64,000 bases of DNA, taken from the NCBI GenBank assembly GCA_051362555.1, contig CM120645.1, forward strand, positions 21,576,001-21,640,000. The letters are read 5' to 3'. The stretch comes from Lingula anatina. Lineage: Eukaryota > Animalia > Brachiopoda. The notes beneath the pieces are model-generated. The model was not told the DNA's origin. It ran no database searches and saw nothing but the letters and a program-made list of their open reading frames with translations. Positions 13,631 through 24,718 of this stretch are shown here, piece after piece; within the stretch, counting starts at the first letter, position 1, and every line of letters starts with the position of its first letter. Made by a program: the position numbers and the translations under genes.

Positions 13631-15402
13631 TATTATAGGTAGGTCGACAATACTCATTCTGAAAAGCCTCTTTAATCCTGGTGGCTATCTGCCGTCTCGT
13701 ATCCAATCTGCGGTTAATTGCCTCCTTGTACTACTCATGTTTGTCTTCATAAAAGACGCCATATTTCGTACCTGGGAAGGACGCGTGATTCTGAAATCAC
13801 TGTTATCAGATTCAGATAATTAATGAAAAATTAAAAGCAAAAAGCTATACACATTACATCAGCAGATTTATTTTTTCCAAATTCCACTTCACTAGTATCT
13901 CTGCTGACGAAATTTATGGTTTAGTAGCAACTTTTTTAGGTAAAATGTTATTTTCATTTTCCGTGTTTACTATTTTACAACAGCTATTGTCAGTGGATTA
14001 AAACAAATATTTTTAGCAATGAAAATTAAGAAGAATTATCTCATTTTTTCTTTGTAGATGTCGTTAAGATTTTAACTTCAAAAATGTGGCGTTATTACAT
14101 GTATTTTTGCATTGCTTGACACCAATTGCTTTACTCTCCGCCTCAAAGATATTGGTATCGCTGTCTGATTTTAAGTCTTCACGATGTCTACATAGGCCAT
14201 TGTAAACTCAAAAATGAAGTCATCGGGATTGCACATGATACATTCCTCAAACTGGGAGTATAACTGATCCATTATGACTTTTCGTTCTTCTTCCGATCTG
14301 TGCTCGGAGAGACCAGAGTAGAATATAGCATTACTCCAAGCTTGGACCGAATTAACGTACCTTTTTATCGAGCGAGTTCCTGGATTAAAAATGGTTAGCT
14401 ATATTACATTATATACATGTAGTCTTCAATCATGTAATCTTGTGTACAAATTACGGATGTTCGTCTTACGATGTGCATTACAAGAACAGTAGAATTTTTG
14501 CCTAAAAGTAGTAATTCAGAGAAACTTGGGGACACTTATCATTGGGCTTTTACACGATTTTTTTAGTTCGTAGAATAGTTTTATTATTTCGTGCCTTTAC
14601 TTGTATACATGAACATCACAGAGTATATTTTCAGAAACTTTATTGAGAAAGAGAAACAATATGCCACTTGTACAACGCAGAAACCATACGCATATATTAT
14701 TAAAACTTACCTGTAACTTTCTCTTTTCCTACCATTGCAGCTGGGTTGATTGGAACATCTTTCATTTTGATTGAAATAAGTTTTAAACCTTCTTTTAAAA
14801 CCTTGGAGTCCTTGCTTACAAACGGTGCTTTTAATTCAACTTCTGATCGTCGATAATATGCAGCGTTTGTATTTTTAAATTCCTCCTACGAAAATAATGA
14901 ATCTGTTAGAATTTAAGTTATATTGCATTGAATATTAAATACAGTATATCACCTATGCTAGACGAGCATGCACAAACTTCAATTCTTGTTCAGTCAATCT
15001 GATCATCTACATTTTCTTTTCTATACTTTCTTTTATTTTTTGCACTTATCGCCATTCATGATGTTTTTTTCAGTTAACATATAAATATAATATAAAAATT
15101 AAAAAAAAAGATATTTCATCACTATCGTTACCAAATACATGTATGCATCAGTAGAGCTCTGAAACAAGAATATGATTTTGCACAGTTTATTATTATTATT
15201 GTTATTTTAATTTTTGTTAACAGTGAAATTACCTTTGTTATCACACCTTGCTCGACATTTGACCACCAAATGTCTCTTAAAACTCGTAAGTAGGCAGGGG
15301 TGCCCCCACTGCTGGGTCTTCTAAATTCATTCGCGTCCTTTAACCCCATTAATCCAATGATCAGATGAGCACCTAAAACACCAATAAGATTATTTAAACT
15401 TA

Positions 15403-15617
15403 GACCCCATTTCCAGAGATTAGATCGATCTACTTTAGATCGACCTAACTCCCTGGGGGTTCACGCTAATTAGCAGTCAGCCGAGCGGACACCAAAGTTA
15501 ATTACCCCCTTACAGCTTGTAGTAGGCGGGACGGACATTTAAGCCGGCTTATCTGACAATAATCTAGTTAGACTCCCCGCTGGGATAGATCGATCTAAAA
15601 GCTCTGGGAATACAGCC
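15403..15617. mobile_element. PIF/Harbinger (Tourist-like) MITE, GACCCCATT family
   Basis: TIR-like ends GACCCCATTTCCAGAG and CTCTGGGAATACAGCC, with TTA on both sides. Same family as 46696-46910 and 57810-58034. Confidence 0.8.
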
Positions 15618-15620
15618 TTA

Positions 15621-15874
15621 GACGCCATTCTCATTTCTAGATCGATCTAGCAGGACCGACCCATTTCCGAGACGATTTTCGCTAAATGGCATTCAGCTTA
15701 AGCGGTTAAGATGCCTGACACCCCTACGGAAGCTGCTAAACGATAGTTTTAAAATTATGCCTAACAACTTCATTAGGCGTGCCAGACATCAGAGACGCTT
15801 AAGCTGAATGCAGTGTAACAAGAAACCCCTCGGAGATATGTCGATCCTTCTTGATCTGGCATGGGAACGGGGTC
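15621..15874. mobile_element. Second, related Harbinger-like MITE abutting the first
   Basis: GACGCCATTCTCAT...ATGGGAACGGGGTC, flanked by TTA at 15618-15620 and 15875-15877. Confidence 0.7.
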
Positions 15875-16107
15875 TTAATTCTTTAACCTAAATCGTTTAT
15901 CATATATATCATGAATAACATTTATTGAGACGCATGTCGTTTGATATATGCTGTAAACTGTTTATTTTCCTAATGCTAACATATTGACTCGACCAACTTG
16001 AGCATAATAAATTTGTTTTTGTTACGCTAATTGTGCATATATTTCTATATTTCGTGCATTTTGGTGTTTGTAAAATACACTTATTTGTACTTTCTGCTCA
16101 CGTTGGG

Positions 16108-16140
<33 letters not shown>

Positions 16141-17973
16141 AACCAGTAAAATTACTGATGCATCATTATCATACGGGATGTTTAAAATACCTAATACCTG
16201 TTTTCATTTCCCTTGCCCTGTTTATCAGAATCGTTTCCCAGTCTTCGGCAGCTTGTTTTTGATATGCATGGCGCTCCTTGTCGCTCACATCTGCCTCTTC
16301 TTGGCAGAAAATAGCTCGCTCAAGGGTACAGGGGCTAGAATATATAATGCATTGTGATAATAAGGGGAGTTCACACGTATTGATCTGTGCTTTTAAATGT
16401 GTACTGCTTTTGTAGGCATTTTCGCATTGTGGGCCACCCATTGAGCTACTTTAAGTTGCGAAATCCCCGAGAGTCACTGTCGGTTTTGAACTAATTGACA
16501 TCACTTATGATTATGCGTAATAATCGTCAAAACATTTAACTTTGATGCAGTTATTTTAAGAAATACCAGTTAAATTGTTGTCAAATATGAGATTAGATGT
16601 TTTTTTAATGAACAGGTAATGAGACATTACACATTAATCAGTATGTCCGAGTACGAATTAATGTTGCTGTAAGCTGATGTGATTGGTATATCTGTACACC
16701 TGACGAGGTGTATATATTACGTCGTATCAATCCAAAGAACGTTCTGTAAAGGAATATGGGGATCAGAATCAGATATATCTCATTATGAACACGAAGAATA
16801 AATAAAAAAGTATTAAGACACCGTTTGCTAAGCCAGTGCATTGCGTTTGACGACACAGCAAGATCCACGTAATTTGTTGGTGTGCAGGAACCAAAGAATG
16901 AAGAACCGCTTGCGAAGATATGCACGTTTTGAAATGCCACGGGACTGGAGTCAAGGTTTATCGATTCTCCTAATAATTAAAAATATCACGTTAGAAAAAA
17001 AATAACAGCCTCTGTGGTTGACAATGTATATAATGACACCAACACGTATATAATGACACCAACACATAAATAATAACACCAACACATATACCAACTTATA
17101 TGTGAGAATACTGTAAAAAAACATTTTGCCGACTTTGCAATAACAGTAGGCCCTATTCACAAATGACCGTCATATGAGAGCTGGTGCGACGCGACCTCTC
17201 GACCACGGAGGTTTTTAGATCGTATACCTTGCGTTACACGGAATAGGGAATTGAAGTCGTTCCATGGTTGATCCTCATATATGATCAGGAGCGGTTTTTC
17301 AAATCCATGTTTTCTTCGTAGTGCTCCTTGAAAGTAAAATGCTTTTTTATTTTAAAAAGACAGTGGCCCCGAAAGACTAGGCAAAATTTTTTTATGTAAA
17401 TGACAGAATATTATTAACTTTTATTATCTATTATCTGATATGTGAAAATTACTGATTTACTTACAATAAAATGCTTGGTATCCAAATTAAACAAAAGGAA
17501 CTTTTTATCTAAGTGAGACATGCAAATTTAAACTGTTGTGCTGAAAAAAATCGCCATTCTCTCCTCTCTTAAGATGAAGACGATATATAATACAGTTTTG
17601 AGATTAGAAATCCTTCTTTGACTCAAGAGTAAACCCCCACTTATTCTTTTCCGATTGAGAGCTGTATATCAAGACGAGGACCCGGTCCCAACACACACAC
17701 ACAAAGATAGGGCTTTTGATAAAGATCTTTCATTCGTACCTTTAATCTCGATCATAAACTTAAAAGATATGTCCCTCCATCTCCGGCACCATAATCACAG
17801 ATGACAAAGGGGTTCTTGTTATTCAGCACCGATGCTTCATCTGAAAAAGTATGATTACCTTACGTAGTAAGTTGCTTTCTTTAATTTTGTTTATTATGCC
17901 TTTGTAGTTAGAACATAGCAAGGTACTCCAGTGTGATTTTAAAAAGTAAAGAAATGCACATATATATACGTGC

Positions 17974-18104
17974 AATGGTCTCTCCGCCTCTCACACGCCT
18001 CCCCATGCGTCGTCCCTGCAGGGTCACAGTAATTAAATCTCGGCTTAATTCAACCGGTCGAGGGGCGATGCGTGGGGAGCCGTGTGAGAGGCGGAGAGAC
18101 CATT
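17974..18104. mobile_element. Palindromic MITE in a methyltransferase intron
   Basis: TIRs AATGGTCTCTCCGCCTCTCACACG and CGTGTGAGAGGCGGAGAGACCATT; pairing extends inward. Confidence 0.75.
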
Positions 18105-18862
18105 AAAGGATAAAGCGGTCTTCCTTTCATGTAGGTCCGCCATATTTAGTTCGCGGCCTAGCTATCACTTTGCTCTTCTCGCTCTGAGTGTTTCCTATGA
18201 TAAATGTTCCGTTTTTTAAACCCAGACTCATGTCTGCAATTCTGTATTTTTTATTTCAGCAATTTTAATTTCTAAATAAAATAATTTAATGAAAATAAAA
18301 TACCTATAGCCCGCAGCGCCATGGTTAACTCATCATTATACAATGATTCGGAATAAGAACCATTTTCGCTCCAAAAGCGAGATCCGTCATATCGGTCTGG
18401 AACACGGTAGATCGGGCGTTCAAACTGGTTGACTCTGGTCTCTGTAAGTATAAAAATCTACATGTGTCTCTGTGTTTTGCTCGATAAAGGCAAAGCGTCT
18501 TTTTTTCTAAATAATGTTGCATTTAAGTAATGTTTAAGAGTGACTGAAATATAAAGCTCATCAACAAACTGTCTTCATTTTTGGACAGGCCATGCGTCAA
18601 AGTACTTTATATCGTGCGGCTCTAATGATTCCACACAGATGCCACAAAATGGTGGAGAACATTGTGGGATCACTGTAAACAATCCTTATCCTTTTGCGGG
18701 TCAGTGCATGTATGTCACGTCCTGCCTACTTCACACGCATCGGGTAACAAACGGACCTACTTCTGGGATTTCATTCATTAAATGTCATTTCCGTTTTGTC
18801 TTTAATTGTGCCACTTGTTGACGTTATGTTAACTATTGGCAATTTTTCTTTGCCCACAGAAT

Positions 18863-18908
<46 letters not shown>

Positions 18909-19307
18909 GTAGTACACCCTCTGAATTCTACCACAAAGTTGCCACTCTGTGATGTGATGGATTTTCAACTATGTCATGGACCGCTTTTTATGTATTCACC
19001 GAGGACAAGCCATTGCTCATGTCCGACTACCACTCCATAATTTGACCCTTAATGGTTCTTATGGCAATTATTTCTATCAGCCTTTACTTGTATTCGGACG
19101 TATCATACCTACATGCTTACTTTCCTATGCACATCATGGGGCTGTTATCGCCCTATGTACGGTGATGCAATGCTTCAGCGTATTCTTTTCAAAATTAAGG
19201 GTTTGGGGTGGGGCACATGTACGATTTCCCTTTGTATGTTTGACAAATAAAGCACTGCTACCACATATAGCCCCATATACAGGATAGCATGGGAAGTTCA
19301 TTATTTA

Positions 19308-20196
19308 AGCCTCGGTCACAACCGGCCGTACGGACTCTTAGGGGCCGTTTGCGTCCAAATTTTGCGCAGAATCTCACGTCCCATGCAAGTCCTTCTTACA
19401 CAATTTCGAGTTCGCAGACAGCCCGTAAGCACGTACGGAGGATGTTGGACATGTCCAAAAGATTCTACGAATAGCCTGCGAACAGCGAGGCCGCAAGCGT
19501 AACTTGCTCCCCTCGCATGGAGTTAGCAAGAGAGACGCGCGTTGTGCAAGACGCAATGAAGGAGCAAGTGCCCTTTGCGTGTTGAGTAAGGCGCACGCCC
19601 TCACAACTAACGAACGAAGTCGAGAGCACACCGGGAATGCGTCGCACGTGCGTCACCCCCTCGCATGGTGTATAAAAGGCGTGCTTACGACGCACGCTCG
19701 TGTCTTTTCCATGAACGTCGACTGTGTGACGTGTACAACAATTTTCAAAATTTTCAAATTTTTGCTAAATTTAGTTTCTAACATGCCTCCAAAAGGCAAG
19801 AGAAAGAAGCTTACATAGTAGAAAAAAGGGAGGAGGAAGAAGAAAGAAGAGGAGAACAGGAAGCAAAACTGACGTACGCCATCAGTGCGTTACCACAAAC
19901 GTGTGAGGCAAGTGTGAAGCAAAACTGACGCAAAAGGGCATTACTTTCGCCGTGCGTTGCATTCCCTTCGTAAGTGGTGAGTGTGTGCCACGTACACAGG
20001 AAGCAAGACAAACTCAAGACATGAGTACAATTTCCACGGCCATCACTCCTTGCAATTAGCATCCCTGCTTGAAAGGACATCTCATGTGGCCCTTGTGACT
20101 CGCAAGGCAGACTTTCCTCTACCTCTACGACCTCCACGGCCTCCGCAACACCCGAAAATCGCAGGGAAATTCGTGCGTCCGGTTGTGACCGAGGCT
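19308..20196 (+). mobile_element. Non-autonomous PIF/Harbinger-like element (AGCCTCGGTCACAACCGG TIR family)
   Basis: 18-bp perfect TIRs and TTA target-site duplication. Internal TATAAAAGG (19671) and ATG CCT CCA AAA GGC AAG (19783). Homologous to 42842-43584 and 43878-44545. Confidence 0.85.
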
Positions 20197-20468
20197 TTAG
20201 TGCATGACACACCCACGTCAGCAATTGTTTTGCACCATATGACTAAAATAAAATTGAATAAATAAATACATTGAATTGAATGACTACGGTGATTATTAGA
20301 CGACACTGTAAGCTTAAAGGAAAATATTATGTACACTAGCTCAAATAATTGCTTTAGCTTTGTATAAAAAACATTGTAGGTGATTAGAAATTTCTTCATT
20401 ACATTTTACATGTACATGTACACAAATATTGAAGTATAATGCGGTTGTTAATAAAGCAATAGGCAGCT

Positions 20469-20638
20469 CAGGCCTGTAGCCAGCAATTTTAAAAAGGGGA
20501 TTCTTTTTTTGGAAAAAGTAGACCTTTTACCATAAAGCCTTTATGTCTCCAAAAAAACTTTACTTAGAGGCGATATTTTCCCAGCAAAAAGTGGGATTCT
20601 CTTGAACCCCCGAACCCCCACCCCCTGGTACGGACCTG
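20469..20638. mobile_element. Short CAGG..CCTG-ended MITE
   Basis: CAGGCCTGTAGCCAG...CTGGTACGGACCTG, with a C-rich subterminal tract typical of invertebrate hAT-like MITEs. Confidence 0.5.
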
Positions 20639-21178
20639 AATACTTATCTAAAAGGTTTTTTGTCCATTTCACAAGCAATAAAACAAAAATATGTATACAT
20701 GTTTTATACATTATCCTGCAATTTTACATTTAGATAAAATGCTGCATGTAAAAAATTTACAATCGAGTTTTTGTCACACTATAGCACTCTCATTAAAAGG
20801 ATTCAAGCGAGATATATATGTACTCAGCAGCTATAATTCTTATGTACATAAATACTACCGTCATTTGCCGCTATGGAAGATGCATCCATGTTGGTCTTTT
20901 GCTGTATGTGCTTCGTTCAAATAACTTGAAATATATGTCAATGTGTCCAAGTTCTAGTTAAAAAGGTGAACCTTTTATAGTTGCTGGTAATTGTCTTTTC
21001 AGAACGGATGCAACACAAATGTATTGTTCATTTAACAATGATATATCCATTTATATGCAGGTCATTTGTAAAGAAATGAGCATTTGACGCACGAAATTTA
21101 CCTTAATGGACGCTGTGTGTCCCATTCCCCCTTAGATGTCGTGCACATCCCGTAACCCTTATAAGCGAAATTACACGG

Positions 21179-21841
21179 TAGATAATATCTTAAGTTAATT
21201 ATGAAAGGCAATATTTTAATTAGATTTGAAATATAAATATTGGAAGGACTGGTGGTGAGTACAATGAATAGAGACCTAAGGCTGTAGAAGTACAGCTGGT
21301 TGTAAATACACGGCTCTTGTAGTTTTCTAGATCAGCGAACCGATTACTGAACCTTTTAAAGACACTCGAATTTCTAGTAGTATATTGCTAAACTGATTTA
21401 TTTCATCTTTGATATGTTCTTGGTTTCTATCCATGTTGGAGGGCGCCCAGTAAAAAAAGGGGGAGGGGGCAAGTCAAACTGATACAGGTGCAAATATCAC
21501 GCAAATATGTGCGCCCCTTACCTGACACAAAACGTGAACACTGATCTGGTATAGGACAAAGTTATTGCACTCAACCAACCAATGTGTGGCTGGCGGCGGT
21601 ATGGCGTATTCTTAGTTATCAAAAATTAGCATTTGAGACAAATTTAAAAAAAATTAGCATAGACTGTAAGGAACGTTGTGGCGCCCCTTAACATGCCCCG
21701 CTCACATTATGATGTCGCCCGTCTCTCGTGACCCTTGTCTCGTACAGCTAGATAATATCTTAAGTTAATGTTTAAAGATAATATTTTAATTAGATATGTA
21801 ATATAGTGATGGGTATGAATAGGACTGGTGGTGATTGCAAT
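21179..21841 (+). repeat. Degenerate direct repeat (about 90 bp units at about 21179 and 21749)
   Basis: TAGATAATATCTTAAGTTAAT...AATATTTTAATTAGAT...AGGACTGGTGGTGA occurs twice, about 570 bp apart. Confidence 0.65.
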
Positions 21842-23332
21842 AAAGACAGAACTTTTCCTTGGTAAAACCTTCGTCACTGAATATGAAAACTGTGCATACT
21901 ACCAAGGCATATATGGAAACATGTAATAATAATAATAATAATATTTATTTCTTAAAAACCTCGCTACAGAATTTGGTCTGTAGTGGTGCTGCAGCACTTT
22001 GGACAGATTGCAGTATGCGTGATTACACACAATAGATTTATCACTTTCTTTCACCAAGGTTTTAGAAAAAATATAATTCTTCTGTTTACTTCAAATGGAC
22101 GTATATATTGAGAATATCTGATTATACTAGTAGATAAAGTAAATAAATACTAGTTTATGCTAGTATAGCAAGTCGTAATTAAATACTAGTTAAAGGTTTG
22201 AACTGACAGGAAAATGGTTTCATAGTAGATAGATAGTAGGTAGATAGTGGCAGCTCAGTTTGACAGCTAAACACGCTGGCCCTCTCCTCCTGTGGCTTTT
22301 ATGTCGTCACCGTAGCTCATTAACTCCCAGGCCTAACGAAAATGATTCTTTTTAGAAGCTTGATATTTACAAAATGAATTTCTAGTTAGTGTATTTTGAT
22401 TAAGAAATAATTATTTGGGCATGTTTTCTGAAGGTTATGCTCCGTTCAAAACATTTTCTGATGGTCTGGCTGAAATCCTTTAAGACTTTGAGCTCCTTGT
22501 CGGACCCACATATACATGTTTCACGCTGTCTAACTGTTTTTGAAATTGAAGTCTCGTATACAAGTTTTATGTTGTTTTTTTTAATATATTTCTAATATTA
22601 TTTTCCGACACAACTGAGGATAGTTATAGAAGGGGCCTCATGCGATTTGGTCAAATGGGACAGAAATGATGAAATAAAAAAATAGAATATATCGAAGCAC
22701 TTTAAAGTTTCTAGTTCTCGCCCAGGTCGCCCTTACAACGCTCATTGGTCTCATAGGAAGCAGAAAGACGTTGAGAGCACGCCACTGACCTCCACTGGTC
22801 GCCGCTGATGGTACAAGGAAGACGACGATGAAGTTCAGTGGTTAGTCTGGCGTCGTCTATATCGCCTGGAATTCAATTGGACGTTGTAGGTTACACAGGG
22901 AACGGACATGTGAAGACAGATAAGTGGCGGGCACGTGAACAGTCGATCGTATATGTTACGTAGTTTTAGAGGAAAGGTCAAGATCGGTCGTTCCAAAGAA
23001 GACCATTGTCACATTAACACAGACACAATTAGGTTCTTCAATATTCTCCATAGGGTAAATTAAGTGCAGAAAGTCTACTCGGGCAATTCTCATAATTCGT
23101 ATGCTACCTGCCAATTAAACCAATATGTTTTAAATGCCTTGTATTACACCAGATCATAGATATCGGGTCATGTGGGATTCGATGGTGCCTGCATATATAG
23201 TTGCATCAATTCAGGTCAGCTTTATAGGACAATTAAAATCTTTAGATTCATATGTTACAGTCTTTTTTTTCTGAGAGAGGTGAGTGAAAAATGAATCATA
23301 TTTAAAAACTTTTGTTGATTTTTTATATTTAT

Positions 23333-23543
23333 AGTTTGCATGCCAAGGACATATTTTGTTGTGAGCAACCAGTTTTTTATGCTCCCTTAGCCCCTCTGAT
23401 GCATTTCAGTACGTGTTTGAACCGCAGGGTGACAGCTCCAAGTGAAGTGTGTGAGGCTCCATACTGGCAAGATATTTTTTTTATTTTTGGGGCGATGAAA
23501 CAAACTGTTTAAATCTGAGAAATTTTGGTGGCGTATTGCAACT
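23333..23543 (+). repeat. Dispersed repeat, copy 2 of the 12490-12721 family
   Basis: Collinear similarity to 12490-12721. Confidence 0.6.
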
Positions 23544-24718
23544 ACATGTATTCATGAAATTCTTTATTGATAACTCTTAACTAAGAAAATGATATTGATT
23601 ATTATTATGAGTAAAATATTTAATGATTAGTTTATTTTAATTTCTCTATGATAATTTTAAAACTAAATAAATGAGATTGATTATTTATGCTCAGTAAAAG
23701 AAATTGTTGAATTTTTTATTTACAAAAAATTTTTCCGGAAATTATGTAATTAAAATGATTTTTCATGCTAAGAATATGAAATAAAAAAGTTATCAAACTC
23801 AGTCGTAATTTTTCTTTTTCATAACAATATGTATTTGTTAATGGCATGTACATGAACATGATGAACTTGTATTTTCCCTATGCACATACATCATACACTC
23901 CCAAGTCTTGAATAAAGATTTCATACAATTAACCGGTTTAACAATATTGAAATGGTGAACTAAGCGTATAAGTAATATAAACAGTAGCCATATACGCCAC
24001 CAGATAAAATAGACTTGTGTGTTAAATCAACAATGATAATCGCTAAAATAAAGATACTTGTTAATGTAAACAAACATGTGTCGCGTTGGACTCGTTTTAA
24101 GGCATACGGGTCGTCAAATCCTTATTTTATTTATTGTTATTATTTTAAGGAAAAGAAAAAAAAACATGCATCATCAAACCCGGGCTTGTGTACAACTTCG
24201 TTTAAAAGTCTAAATACAACTGAAACATTTGTTTCCATGCAAAGACAAATATATGATGTACCTCCAATATTGATTGGAAAATACTTTAACCGATATTTCC
24301 CACACACTCTCTTGTTGAGGAATAGTGGCCAAAGTTACGATGTTGCCAAGGTCAAATTTTGCCGCTCTACGATTTTGAGGAACATGCACACATGAAAAAA
24401 TTCCAGTAGAAAATAAAATATGTATAAAGTCTACATTCTTCAAAATTATGTTATCTAATAAGACATATTAGATATGTATTTATCAAAAGAATATAGTCAT
24501 TTAACTGACGTGTAATATGAAAAAAGTGGGAACACAAATCGCAAGAAACATGGCATTTAATATGCGATTATGTTAGTGGCCATTTCATTTAATCCAATAC
24601 TTAACGTCTGCTGATCGTCATTGTGATTGATATAAAAAACCATATTCGATATAAGCGTCAAATAAAGAATCTTCCTGAACAAATTGTAGAAAAGGAAGTG
24701 AAAATGCCACTATGTTTG

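Larger units (their letters stand above)
14171..18441 (-). pseudogene. SABATH / Methyltransf_7 SAM-dependent carboxyl methyltransferase, about 380 aa, at least 8 coding exons, with an apparent frameshift in exon B (null allele, pseudogene or assembly error)
   Basis: Exons 18441-18304, 17840-17740, 17326-17228, 16969-16822, 16334-16198, 15372-15233, 14885-14711 and 14379-14171 (TAA). All introns are GT-AG with compatible phases except exon B (101 nt). Motifs: FVICDYGAGDGGT, YEDQPWNDFNSLF, GSSFFG..SSNAMHWLSK, QAAEDWETILINRAREMKTG, YYRRSEVELKAPF, QAWSN. A possible short first exon lies near 18757-18778. Confidence 0.85.

Noticed and set aside
18325-18522. 65-aa ORF from the track taken as the methyltransferase N-terminus
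   Set aside because: Wrong frame; the spliced exon 18441-18304 reads TRVNQFERPIYRVPDRYDGSRFWSENGSYSESLYNDELTMALRAI in a different frame.
19289-20399. Cluster of overlapping 60-137 aa ORFs (also at 42772-44899)
   Set aside because: They fall in GC-rich Harbinger-like elements on both strands and show no recognisable protein motif; only the short MPPKGK start looks meaningful.
22302-23013. Solo LTR (TG...CA)
   Set aside because: No matching target-site duplication, and the left boundary is arbitrary.
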